Part shown: positions 27,945-36,539 of the stretch, one piece after another
Layout of the letters: the number at the start of each line of letters is the position of its first letter
Numbering within the stretch: the stretch's first letter is position 1
DNA from: Lewinellaceae bacterium
GTDB taxonomy: Bacteria > Bacteroidota > Bacteroidia > Chitinophagales > Saprospiraceae
Direction: 5' to 3'
Assembly (NCBI GenBank): GCA_947459655.1
Contig: CANHEE010000001.1
Location: 39,493 to 103,492 of the forward strand
DNA length: 64,000 bases
Made by a program: the position numbers and the translations under genes
Notes under the pieces: model-generated
Told to the model about the DNA's origin: nothing
Seen by the model: only the letters and a program-made list of their open reading frames with translations
The model's database searches: none

Positions 27945-28080
27945 TTTTCCACAGTTTTTTCCACATTATTGACATAACAGTTCAATTTTTAGAGGAGTTA
28001 AAGGTTTTGATTTATTACAACTAAAACATTGGTCAGAATAAGTAAACCTCAGTTATCCACAGCAAACAAGGTTTTCCACA
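27945..28080 (+). promoter_or_regulatory. cluster of four co-oriented DnaA boxes
   Basis: TTTTCCACA at 27945-27953, TTTTCCACA at 27957-27965, TTATCCACA (perfect) at 28053-28061, and TTTTCCACA at 28072-28080. They lie in AT-rich non-coding DNA between purF and ctaA. Confidence 0.55.
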
Positions 28081-28111
28081 TTAATAGGTTCAAAAAGATA
28101 CAGCATAATTT

Positions 28112-29158
28112 TTAGACACTTTTCTGATGTATATACAGAAGATTGGTCATGTAAAAAATCAGTGCAAAAATTGCAGTTCCCAGCATAAGGTGCATGGGTT
28201 GGGCGATGGGAGGTATGGCAAAATAGTGCATGGAAAGACCCAATCCAATTTCAGTCAGCAACATTATACCGAGCAAATTTTGCGCTTTTCTCAGACCGCT
28301 GACCTGATGGATAAACGGAAATATTCTGTAGTTCCAAAACAGCAGTCCAATAAGCAGCAACCAGTAAAAGCGAACATGTATCTGATAGTCCATACCAAGG
28401 TTACTGATCCAGTTTATTCTTTCCTGATCTCCCAGCAATTTAGAAACCACATCGACAGATTCCCTGACACGGGTACCCAAAATGACTTGTACAAGGGCAA
28501 TGCAGGAAACAATAACACCTGTGATTGTATGATGTCGGGGAATACTTACCGCCGACTGCACTGAAATGGTTTTCATGTAAGCCATAATCAATACGACCAG
28601 AATAAGCATGGCAACCAGCATGTGGACGGTAATGAGAGAAGGAAGTAAGTTGGTGGAAACAACAATCGATCCGAGCCAGCCTTCAAAGGCCACACCGATG
28701 AAACCGGCAAGCGATAAAGAAAATAAACCCGGGTAACTTTTTCTAAGCGGCCATGATGAAATAAGGGTTACAAAGATGAACAAACCAACAAGAACTCCAA
28801 TCAGTCGATTTACATACTCCGTCCAGGTCTTGTACACATTAAAGCTTTCCCGTTCGCTTACTCGGGGATCATTCGTTACTTTTGCAGCTAAATTGTCCAT
28901 ACCGAAAATGTGCAGCATTTTTGCGAGACGCTCGTTCTTTTTCAGTCTGATTTCGGTAAAATGGTCAAGGTAGTCGGGAGGGAGTTGGGCTTCTTCCATG
29001 GGTGGAATCCAAAGACCGAAACATTTTGGCCAATCCGGACACCCCATTCCGGAACCAGTACTTCTTACCCAACCACCTACCCAGATGAGGAAGAGTACAC
29101 TAAAAATGGTCAGCAAGGAAAATCTTCTGAAATTTTTTATCGCTTTTTCTGAATGCAT
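28112..29158 (-). CDS. ctaA: heme A synthase (COX15/CtaA family)
   Basis: GGWVRSTGSGMGCPDWPKCFG motif and eight TM helices with conserved His residues. Confidence 0.85.
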   Translation of the reverse strand: MHSEKAIKNFRRFSLLTIFSVLFLIWVGGWVRSTGSGMGCPDWPKCFGLWIPPMEEAQLPPDYLDHFTEIRLKKNERLAKMLHIFGMDNLAAKVTNDPRVSERESFNVYKTWTEYVNRLIGVLVGLFIFVTLISSWPLRKSYPGLFSLSLAGFIGVAFEGWLGSIVVSTNLLPSLITVHMLVAMLILVVLIMAYMKTISVQSAVSIPRHHTITGVIVSCIALVQVILGTRVRESVDVVSKLLGDQERINWISNLGMDYQIHVRFYWLLLIGLLFWNYRIFPFIHQVSGLRKAQNLLGIMLLTEIGLGLSMHYFAIPPIAQPMHLMLGTAIFALIFYMTNLLYIHQKSV

Positions 29159-29227
29159 TTTTTATGATTTGAAAGTTACCCACATCTTTACATGATAATA
29201 ATATTTAAATTTTTTAATCAAATAAAA

Positions 29228-29245
29228 ATCATCATCATCATCATC
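29228..29245. repeat. (ATC)6 trinucleotide microsatellite
   Basis: Read directly: ATCATCATCATCATCATC, 70 bp upstream of the ctaA start, inside a very AT-rich stretch. Confidence 0.9.
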
Positions 29246-29756
29246 ACTGTTCATATGTTGGTCACTGAAATGTTCCATGGTATTGCACATCAGCCCAAAG
29301 ATAATTCAATTTTTTCAACAGAATGATAACACCTTAGTACGATATAAATCAGCCAATTATGTAGATGTCAACAACATTGTTAACTGCTGTGGAACAAAAT
29401 CTGAACAACAGTGCAGAATGTTGGTATTGTGTGGTGAACAGTTGGAGAAACATTCGTAGATTGTGAATGGTTTTGGCTGCAATTCTCATTTGATTCTGCG
29501 AAGTGGATAAGTGGATAGTTTTCAACAAAAATTCAGTCAATATAAACAGGAAACTCCAAGTAATAAAAACAAAAAACAATTGCCTGAATTAACCAAAAAT
29601 GGCTTCAGAATAGTTTGTCTGGCCGACGTGAGGAAAGCAGTAATTCTAAAAAAGGGCATTATAATAAAACATATACGAAAAAAATGTGTATTTTTGCATT
29701 ACTGATAAACAGCACATCATTAACTTGTTTTCTGATGCCTTCAATACTTCTCAAAG

Positions 29757-30815
29757 ATGTATGATATTCTGCTGAGTTTTTTGACAGCTTTTTCTGTCAC
29801 CTATGTTGTCATTCCGCCAATCATCAGGATTGCGATTGCCAAAAATCTGTGTGATGTTCCCGGGGTGAGGAGTTCACATACGACCAACACTCCAAGGCTA
29901 GGAGGCATCGCCATTTTCGCCGGACTCCTTTTCGCCATTATTTTCTGGACGCCATTCAAAGACTTCGGCAATCTGCAATATATTCTTTGCGCATTCATTG
30001 TAATTTTTCTGATCGGAGCAAAAGACGATATGGAAATGCTCAGTCCCTCAAAAAAACTGATTGGCGAATTGCTTGCAGCAGCTATCCTTGTTTTCAAGTC
30101 AAACGTAAAGCTGACAAGTCTATATGGTATTTTTGGTGTTTATGATATTCCTGATTGGTTCGCGATACCCTTTTCTGTATTTATCATTATCGTCATTATA
30201 AACGCTTTCAATTTGATTGATGGCATCAATGGGCTATCCGGAAGCATCGGAACGCTTATAGCGCTTTTTCTTGGTATGTGGTTTTACCTTACCGGCAACA
30301 CGGTTCTGGCCATAATTGCTTTTGCACTTGCGGGAGCTATTATTGCGTTTTTGAAGTTCAATTATACACCTGCCAAAATATTCATGGGAGATACAGGTAC
30401 GTTACTCGTGGGGCTGGTGAGTTCGATTCTGACGATAAAATTCATTGAACTTCACAAGGGGCTGGAAAACAGTCCTTATGCATTCAAATCTGCGCCGGCT
30501 CTTGCTGTTAGTCTGCTGATTTTTCCTTTATTTGACACCCTCAGGGTATTTGTATTGAGGGCGATGAAAAACCAGTCGCCGTTTCAGCCTGACCGCCTGC
30601 ACATTCATCACCTGTTGATTGACTCCGGAATGACCCATATGCAGGCAACGGGTATTCTTGTGTTGGTAAACTCCTGTTTTATGATACTTGCCTTCACACT
30701 TCAGGACATAGGCACACTAAATCTCCTACTCATCTTGCTGACCATTGCCGTTGTGCTTTCCGGCATCCTGTTCACCTTCGCCAGCAGTCAGAAGAAATTT
30801 GACAAATTTCTATAA
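29757..30815 (+). CDS. MraY/WecA-family polyprenyl-phosphate sugar-1-phosphate transferase (GT4 family)
   Basis: NAFNLIDGINGL and FMGDTGTL motifs. About 10 TM helices. Confidence 0.8.
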   Translation: MYDILLSFLTAFSVTYVVIPPIIRIAIAKNLCDVPGVRSSHTTNTPRLGGIAIFAGLLFAIIFWTPFKDFGNLQYILCAFIVIFLIGAKDDMEMLSPSKKLIGELLAAAILVFKSNVKLTSLYGIFGVYDIPDWFAIPFSVFIIIVIINAFNLIDGINGLSGSIGTLIALFLGMWFYLTGNTVLAIIAFALAGAIIAFLKFNYTPAKIFMGDTGTLLVGLVSSILTIKFIELHKGLENSPYAFKSAPALAVSLLIFPLFDTLRVFVLRAMKNQSPFQPDRLHIHHLLIDSGMTHMQATGILVLVNSCFMILAFTLQDIGTLNLLLILLTIAVVLSGILFTFASSQKKFDKFL

Positions 30816-31171
30816 TGCAATATTTACTCATCGGTTTTGGAGGTGCTCTTGGCAGTATGCTGCGTTATGCCACCGCTCAGTTTTTTCCTGATAAAACCGG
30901 CTCATTTCCCTATGCTACCCTGATTGTCAACACCATAAGTTGTTTTATTTTGGGTATTGCCATTGCCACTTTTTCCAGAAACATTATTGATGAAAAACAG
31001 CGAATGTTTCTGGTGACAGGCTTTTGCGGAGGACTGAGTACCTTTTCAACCTTTACTTACGACAGTTTTCGCCTACTCGAATCTGGTAACCATCTGCTGT
31101 TTGTGGCAAATAATCTGCTCAGTATTCTGGTTTGCCTAATTTTCTTATTTTTGGGTTTAAAATTGTTCTGA
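30815..31171 (+). CDS. crcB: fluoride ion channel CrcB/FluC
   Basis: 118 aa with GGALGSMLRY and GFCGGLSTFSTF motifs. Its ATG overlaps the upstream TAA (TAATG). Confidence 0.9.
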   Translation: MQYLLIGFGGALGSMLRYATAQFFPDKTGSFPYATLIVNTISCFILGIAIATFSRNIIDEKQRMFLVTGFCGGLSTFSTFTYDSFRLLESGNHLLFVANNLLSILVCLIFLFLGLKLF

Positions 31172-31190
31172 ACAGAAAAAACTTCCGGAT

Positions 31191-31646
31191 ATGGCCTTAC
31201 CGCGCATCAGCATTATCACAAGGCTGATTCTTGAGAACAAAGGGGAAATCCTGCTGCTGACACAGACCACTAAAAACGGCGGAAAATTTTCATTACCGGG
31301 TGGAAAAGTGGAGGCAAATGAGACTCCCATACAAGCCCTTATCAGAGAATGCAAGGAAGAAGCTGATATCAATGTGAATGTGGAAAACCTCAAACTTGTC
31401 CACGTGCTTCACAGACAAAAGACCGAAGAGGTGCATATCGTCATGTACTTTAAGACCATCAGGTGGCACGGAAACCTGATGTCAAAGGAGCCCAAAAAAT
31501 TCAAAAACGTAGGCTGGCACCCCCTTGATAATCTCCCCCAAAAAATGTCAAAGATTACCCGTTCGGTGCTCGATAAGTTTCACAAGGGCGTATTGTATTC
31601 AGAGGTCGTATCCAATAAAGTAATCACGGATATCGAAACCAATTGA
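31191..31646 (+). CDS. NUDIX hydrolase
   Basis: Nudix box GGKVEANETPIQALIRECKEEADI (GX5EX7REUXEEXGU). Confidence 0.8.
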   Translation: MALPRISIITRLILENKGEILLLTQTTKNGGKFSLPGGKVEANETPIQALIRECKEEADINVNVENLKLVHVLHRQKTEEVHIVMYFKTIRWHGNLMSKEPKKFKNVGWHPLDNLPQKMSKITRSVLDKFHKGVLYSEVVSNKVITDIETN

Positions 31647-31667
31647 TTTCTTTTATGTTGAACAGAG

Positions 31668-32705
31668 ATGCAAAATAGCGATAAATCACTTCTTCCGGAC
31701 AACGATCCTACAGCGAGTGCCCGGAAAAAAGACCATATTGAATTGGCGCTGAAATCTCAGATCAGCCAAATAGACTCCCGTTTTTTTTACGAACCACTGC
31801 TCAGCGCACATCCAAATTCGGCAGATTGGGGTGGCTTGGCATTTCTTGGCAAACAGTTGAAAAACCCCATGTGGGTTTCAAGTATGACAGGTGGAACGCA
31901 GATGGCGGGAAAAATAAATGGCAATCTCGCCAGGGCCTGTCGTGAATTTGGAATGGGAATGGGATTGGGCTCCTGCCGCAGCCTGCTCTATTCAGACGAT
32001 ACACTACCCGATTTTGATGTTAGAAAACACATTGGTACAGAAAACCCACTCTTTGCCAACCTCGGAATAGGCCAATTGGAGGATTTAATTGTTCAGAATA
32101 AACTCCATCTTATCAACGACCTCATTGCCAAATTACAGGCTGATGGTCTGATAATACATGTCAATCCGCTACAGGAGTGGCTTCAGCCCGAAGGCGATCG
32201 CTTCAAGTACAGTCCGCTGGAAACCATCATGACTGTTCTGGAAAAAACGGGACTGAAAATCATCGTCAAGGAAGTTGGACAGGGATTCGGGATTGAAAGT
32301 CTGCGGGCCTTACTGCAACTGGAAATAGAAGCGGTAGATTTTGCCGCAGCGGGTGGTACCAACTTCGCTAAGCTGGAACTGCTCCGCAACCAGGGCATCA
32401 GAAAAGAGGTCTTTCAAGCATTTGCATTTGTGGGACATGGTGCGGAAGATATGGTAAACATGACCAATCAGCTTCTCGAGGAGCTCGGAGAAAAAGTGAA
32501 ATGCCGCCAGGTCATCATTTCCGGTGGCATCAAAGATTTTCTTGACGGTTATTATCTGCTACAAAAATTAAAAATGCCGGCGGTTTACGGGCAGGCTTCG
32601 GGATTTCTGACCCATGCCATGGGCGATTACGAATCACTCCGCGAATATGTCTCTGCGCAAATTCAGGGCCTTGTAATGGCTCGGGCGATGTTGAGGGTGC
32701 GGTAA
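31668..32705 (+). CDS. fni: type 2 (FMN-dependent) isopentenyl-diphosphate delta-isomerase
   Basis: KKDHIELAL, SSMTGG, KEVGQG and GGTNFAKLE motifs. 345 aa. Confidence 0.85.
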   Translation: MQNSDKSLLPDNDPTASARKKDHIELALKSQISQIDSRFFYEPLLSAHPNSADWGGLAFLGKQLKNPMWVSSMTGGTQMAGKINGNLARACREFGMGMGLGSCRSLLYSDDTLPDFDVRKHIGTENPLFANLGIGQLEDLIVQNKLHLINDLIAKLQADGLIIHVNPLQEWLQPEGDRFKYSPLETIMTVLEKTGLKIIVKEVGQGFGIESLRALLQLEIEAVDFAAAGGTNFAKLELLRNQGIRKEVFQAFAFVGHGAEDMVNMTNQLLEELGEKVKCRQVIISGGIKDFLDGYYLLQKLKMPAVYGQASGFLTHAMGDYESLREYVSAQIQGLVMARAMLRVR

Positions 32706-32730
32706 GGGGTTGGAGATTAACATTTCTCTA

Positions 32731-33045
32731 TTAACATTTCGCTCCTCTGGAGCTATTATTGTTTCCTGTATTTTTTCTATAAACATTTTGCTCCTCTGGA
32801 GCTATTATTAGATTGTGCGCTTATTTTGGCTCCGTAGGAGCCTTATCATAATCAGTTCGGGATTGTGTTGTAGTACCAATTCTGTGTTTTTTCGTTATTT
32901 TAGAGCATTTGCGTTAAGGCTGGTTATTAACATTTTGCTCCTCTGGAGCAATTCATTCAATGGCGAGCTATTTTTGGCTCCAGAGGAGCCTTATCATAAT
33001 AGCACAATTAGATTAAAGGACATAAAGCTCCGTAGGAGCGAAATA
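32731..33045. repeat. array of six REP-like hairpin repeats (two sequence types plus one inverted copy)
   Basis: Type A, (A/T)ACATTT(C/T)GCTCCTCTGGAGC, at 32731-32760, 32781-32810 and 32927-32957. Type B, TTTTGGCTCC(GTAG/AGAG)GAGCCTTATCATAAT, at 32821-32852 and 32968-33000. An inverted A-like copy, AGCTCCGTAGGAGCGAAAT, at 33025-33045. Confidence 0.75.
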
Positions 33046-33063
33046 AGATTTGATGCGTAAAAA

Positions 33064-33525
33064 TCAGAGTACCCAATCAAACAGGTATTTGTTGTCGAAA
33101 TCAATATTGTAGTTTCGTAACAATTCGATATATTCTGTCTCGAATGATTTTTTCCCGTGGTGTTGTTCCTGATTGTTTATGTACGAAATAGAAGCATTCA
33201 ATTTTGACGGCGAACAAGAAAATGCCCCAAATCCATTTTGCCACTGGAATTTACCATTCACAAACCTTTTTTCATTAATCCATTTTGTGGAATTGGATTT
33301 GATATCTCTCACCAAATCAGAAATTGTGACATCCGGTTTTATACTAACCAGAATGTGTATATGATCTGCAACACCGCCTATAGCATAGGCTTTTTGTTCC
33401 TTGGCCTTAATAATTCCACAGATATATTTGTGAAGTTCAGCTCTCCAATTTGGTTGAATTAGACTTTGCCTTCCCCTAGCGGAAAAAACAACATGTAAAT
33501 AAATTTGTGAGTATGTGTTTGGCAT
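33064..33525 (-). CDS. IS200-like Y1 (HUH) transposase, probable REP-associated tyrosine transposase (RAYT)
   Basis: 153 aa. N-terminus MPNTYSQIYLHVVFS, HUH motif ADHIHILVS, and a catalytic Tyr region SISYINNQEQHH. There is no tnpB, and REP-like hairpins abut both ends. Confidence 0.8.
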   Translation of the reverse strand: MPNTYSQIYLHVVFSARGRQSLIQPNWRAELHKYICGIIKAKEQKAYAIGGVADHIHILVSIKPDVTISDLVRDIKSNSTKWINEKRFVNGKFQWQNGFGAFSCSPSKLNASISYINNQEQHHGKKSFETEYIELLRNYNIDFDNKYLFDWVL

Positions 33526-33543
33526 ATTGTTTTTCAGGCTTTT

Positions 33544-33603
33544 AACAATTTCACTCCCAGAGTAATAATTGTTGATTTTTTTGGCTTCAAGCCCATTATC
33601 GAC
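33544..33603. repeat. degenerate A-type and B-type REP copies on the other flank of the Y1 transposase gene
   Basis: AACAATTTCACTCCCAGAGTAATAATT compared with the type A repeat, and TTTTTGGCTTCAAGCCCATTATCGA compared with the type B repeat. Confidence 0.4.
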
Positions 33604-33906
33604 ACTCTTTCGGTACTAAATATCTGTCGATTTGAGTCAAAAAGTCGCTTTCAATGGCTTTTGTACAACGAATTTAAAAAATAATTATTGTCGAAATGTA
33701 TATACCATCAAGCGAATTGCCGCACATTTTCACTGCTAAACCTTATCTTAATATTTTTTGTGTAGGAGCGGCATAAAATTTCTCATCAAACCAATCTGTG
33801 GGATTGGAATAAAAAGATGCCTTACAGAAGTGTTGCTTGATTACGAATAAGATAATAGTCTGTACTTCGGCATTGGAGATTTCGAAAATAAAGGAGATTT
33901 GTAAAG

Positions 33907-35373
33907 CTACCTATCTTTCCAGTTGCTATCGGCTACTTTTATTGGGCGCAGTTTTTTCTTGTGCTTCAGATGAGTGTTCAGCGCAACCATTGCAGCGATT
34001 TGCATCTCCTTTTCAACGTCTTTAAGCAACAGTTCCGGACTATAGTACTGCTGCACGAAACCCGTGTCAAAATTACCGCTGCGGAAAGCCTCCTGCTCGC
34101 AAACGAATTTACCGAATGGCAGGGTGGTTGACACCCCTTCGATTTCATACATTTCTATGGCTTCTATCATACGCTGAATGGCTGCCTCCCGGTCTTTGCC
34201 GTAGGTAATCAACTTGGCAATCATGGGGTCGTAGTAGATGGGAATGTCCATACCTTCTTCATAGCCATCATCCACGCGGATATTGTCACCGACCGGAATT
34301 CGGTAGCGCTCCAGTTTGCCCACACTTGGCAGGAAGTTGTTTAGCGGATTTTCCGCATAAACCCTTAGCTCGAGTGCGTGACCATTGATTTTCAGATCAT
34401 CCTGCGAGAAAGAAAGTTGCTCTCCCCTGGCAATGCGAATTTGCTGCTCGACCAAGTCCAAACCCGTAATCCATTCTGTTACCGGGTGTTCTACCTGAAG
34501 GCGGGTGTTCATTTCAAGGAAATAAAAATTCAGCTTGTCGTCGATCAGAAACTCTACGGTACCTGCTCCAAGATAATCACAGGATTTTGCCACTCTTACA
34601 GCGGCTTCCCCCATTTCTTTTCTGATTTCGGGAGTCAAAACGGCGGAAGGAGCCTCTTCTACCACTTTTTGGTGCCTTCTCTGTACACTGCACTCTCTTT
34701 CGAATAGGTACACAACATTTCCGTGCCCATCTGCCAGTACCTGGAATTCTATGTGCCGTGGCCGGGAAACGTATTTTTCAATGAAAACTGAGCCGTCACC
34801 AAAAGCGGATGTTGCCTCAGATATGGCGCGTTCCATGGATTCTTTGAGCTCGGATTCCTTTTCCACAATTCTCATTCCCTTTCCACCGCCGCCGGCTGAT
34901 GCCTTTATCATCAGCGGAAAACCAATCAGTTTTGCTGTTTGAATGGCCGCATTTACGTCGGCAATGGCGCCATCTGTTCCGGGCACCATCGGTATATTGT
35001 AGGCTTTTGCTGCTTCTTTTGCCGCAAGTTTGCTGCCCATCATTTCAATTGCCTTTGGTTTTGGGCCGATAAAAGTGATGCCTGCAGCTTCAACTGCCGA
35101 AGAAAACCCGGCATTTTCACTTAGAAAACCATATCCGGGATGAATACCATCTACATTCAATGATTTGGCAAGTTCGATGATTTTGTCACCCAGAAGATAA
35201 GATTGAGCAGAAGGCGCAGGACCCAGGCAGACTGCTTCATCAGCAAATTTGACATGGGGAGCATCCCGGTCAATTTCAGAGTAAACAGCGACAGTTTTAA
35301 TGCCCATTCTTCTTGCGGTGCGCATTACTCTTAAAGCAATTTCTCCGCGGTTGGCGACCAGTATCTTTTTCAT
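33907..35373 (-). CDS. accC: acetyl-CoA carboxylase biotin carboxylase subunit
   Basis: MKKILVANRGEIALRVMRT N-terminus, ATP-grasp glycine loop (KASAGGGGKGMRIV) and EMNTRLQVEHPVTE. Confidence 0.9.
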   Translation of the reverse strand: MKKILVANRGEIALRVMRTARRMGIKTVAVYSEIDRDAPHVKFADEAVCLGPAPSAQSYLLGDKIIELAKSLNVDGIHPGYGFLSENAGFSSAVEAAGITFIGPKPKAIEMMGSKLAAKEAAKAYNIPMVPGTDGAIADVNAAIQTAKLIGFPLMIKASAGGGGKGMRIVEKESELKESMERAISEATSAFGDGSVFIEKYVSRPRHIEFQVLADGHGNVVYLFERECSVQRRHQKVVEEAPSAVLTPEIRKEMGEAAVRVAKSCDYLGAGTVEFLIDDKLNFYFLEMNTRLQVEHPVTEWITGLDLVEQQIRIARGEQLSFSQDDLKINGHALELRVYAENPLNNFLPSVGKLERYRIPVGDNIRVDDGYEEGMDIPIYYDPMIAKLITYGKDREAAIQRMIEAIEMYEIEGVSTTLPFGKFVCEQEAFRSGNFDTGFVQQYYSPELLLKDVEKEMQIAAMVALNTHLKHKKKLRPIKVADSNWKDR

Positions 35374-35452
35374 TGAGTTAAAATATTTGAGTGGTAAAAG
35401 TAGGGTTATTTTTTAAATTCGCCTTTTGACAAACGGTAAAAAATACCCGAAA

Positions 35453-36508
35453 TCAGTCCTTATTGGCCAACTGTCCGCAGGCAGCATCGATATCTCTTCC
35501 CCTTGAACGGCGAACCGTAACAGTGATGCCGTTTCTGGAAAGGTATCCGGCGAAGCGATCCAGATTCTCTGCCGATGATTTTTCAAATGGCGCATTGTCA
35601 ATCGGATTGTACTCTATAATATTGATCCTTACCGGGAATCGCTTACACAACTTCAGCAGATTGGCAGCATCACTCATGCTGTCGTTGAAATTCTGAAAGG
35701 CGATGTACTCATAGGAAATCCGGTTTTTCGTGGTCTGGTAGAAATAATCGAGTGCGTCCATTACCGCTTCCAGCGAGTTGCTTTCATTTATGGGCATGAT
35801 GCTGTTTCGCTTGATATCATCCGCTGCGTGCAGCGAAAGCGCAAGATTCACTTTGGTGCCGTCATCTGCCATTTTTTTGATCATTTTTGCCACACCTGCT
35901 GTGCTCACCGTGATTCTTCTTGGCGACCAGTTCAGACCATATTCACCTGTGATGTGCGCAATGCTTTTCATGACATTCTGGTACGCCAGCAGTGGCTCTC
36001 CCATTCCCATGTATACGATGTTGGTCAGTGGGTGTCCAAACGTTTCCAGGCATTGCCGATTGACCAAAATGACCTGGTCGTATATTTCAGATGCATCGAG
36101 ATTTCGGACGCGGTCCATTCTTCCTGTGGCACAAAAGCTGCAGGTTAGACTGCAGCCCACCTGTGTCGAAACGCAGACGGTAAACCTGTTATCATCCGGA
36201 ACCGGTATCAGAACACTTTCAATCAGATGTCCGTCGTGAAGCCGGAATCGTGATTTTATGGTGCCGTCGTTGCTGTATTGACTTTTATCCAAAACGATGG
36301 GCCGTAGAAGGAAGAAGTCTCCCATTTTTTGCCGGAGATCCAGAGAAAGATTGGTCATTTCATCAAAATAATGCGCACCCTTTTTCCAGATCCACTCATA
36401 AATCTGTCTTGCACGGAACTTTGGCTCTCCCATGTCGGAAAGCATTTCCTGAATTTCCTCGAAACCGAGTTCCCGAATGTCTTTCTTCAGTTTTACACTA
36501 TCGCTCAT
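35453..36508 (-). CDS. rlmN: 23S rRNA/tRNA adenine-C2 methyltransferase RlmN
   Basis: Radical-SAM CSLTCSFCATG, FRARQIYEWIW at the N-terminus, and a C-terminal DIDAACGQL. ATG at 36508 is preferred over the tracked start. Confidence 0.9.
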   Translation of the reverse strand: MSDSVKLKKDIRELGFEEIQEMLSDMGEPKFRARQIYEWIWKKGAHYFDEMTNLSLDLRQKMGDFFLLRPIVLDKSQYSNDGTIKSRFRLHDGHLIESVLIPVPDDNRFTVCVSTQVGCSLTCSFCATGRMDRVRNLDASEIYDQVILVNRQCLETFGHPLTNIVYMGMGEPLLAYQNVMKSIAHITGEYGLNWSPRRITVSTAGVAKMIKKMADDGTKVNLALSLHAADDIKRNSIMPINESNSLEAVMDALDYFYQTTKNRISYEYIAFQNFNDSMSDAANLLKLCKRFPVRINIIEYNPIDNAPFEKSSAENLDRFAGYLSRNGITVTVRRSRGRDIDAACGQLANKD

Positions 36509-36539
36509 CGCGCAAATATACAAATTTAGTAGGGGTAAA

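Noticed and set aside
29625-29645. GAGGAAAG string that recalls the RNase P RNA P4 region. The long gaps at 27.8-28.1, 29.2-29.8 and 33.5-33.9 kb were also considered as possible tmRNA, 6S or SRP RNA genes.
   Set aside because: The match ends after 8 nt (no GUCCGGGC). No tmRNA tag/acceptor, 6S or SRP hallmark sequences are visible.
29640-29756. Fluoride (crcB-motif) riboswitch upstream of the wecA-like/crcB operon.
   Set aside because: Only a short CTGATGCC-like fragment resembles the 3' half of the motif. The conserved GGnGATG 5' element and pseudoknot partners are absent by eye.
32731-33045. Possible CRISPR array, considered because of the regularly recurring short repeats.
   Set aside because: The repeat units are 20-32 bp self-complementary hairpins of two types, in both orientations, with irregular 10-75 bp spacing. 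No cas genes or leader are present. A REP/BIME-like interpretation fits better.
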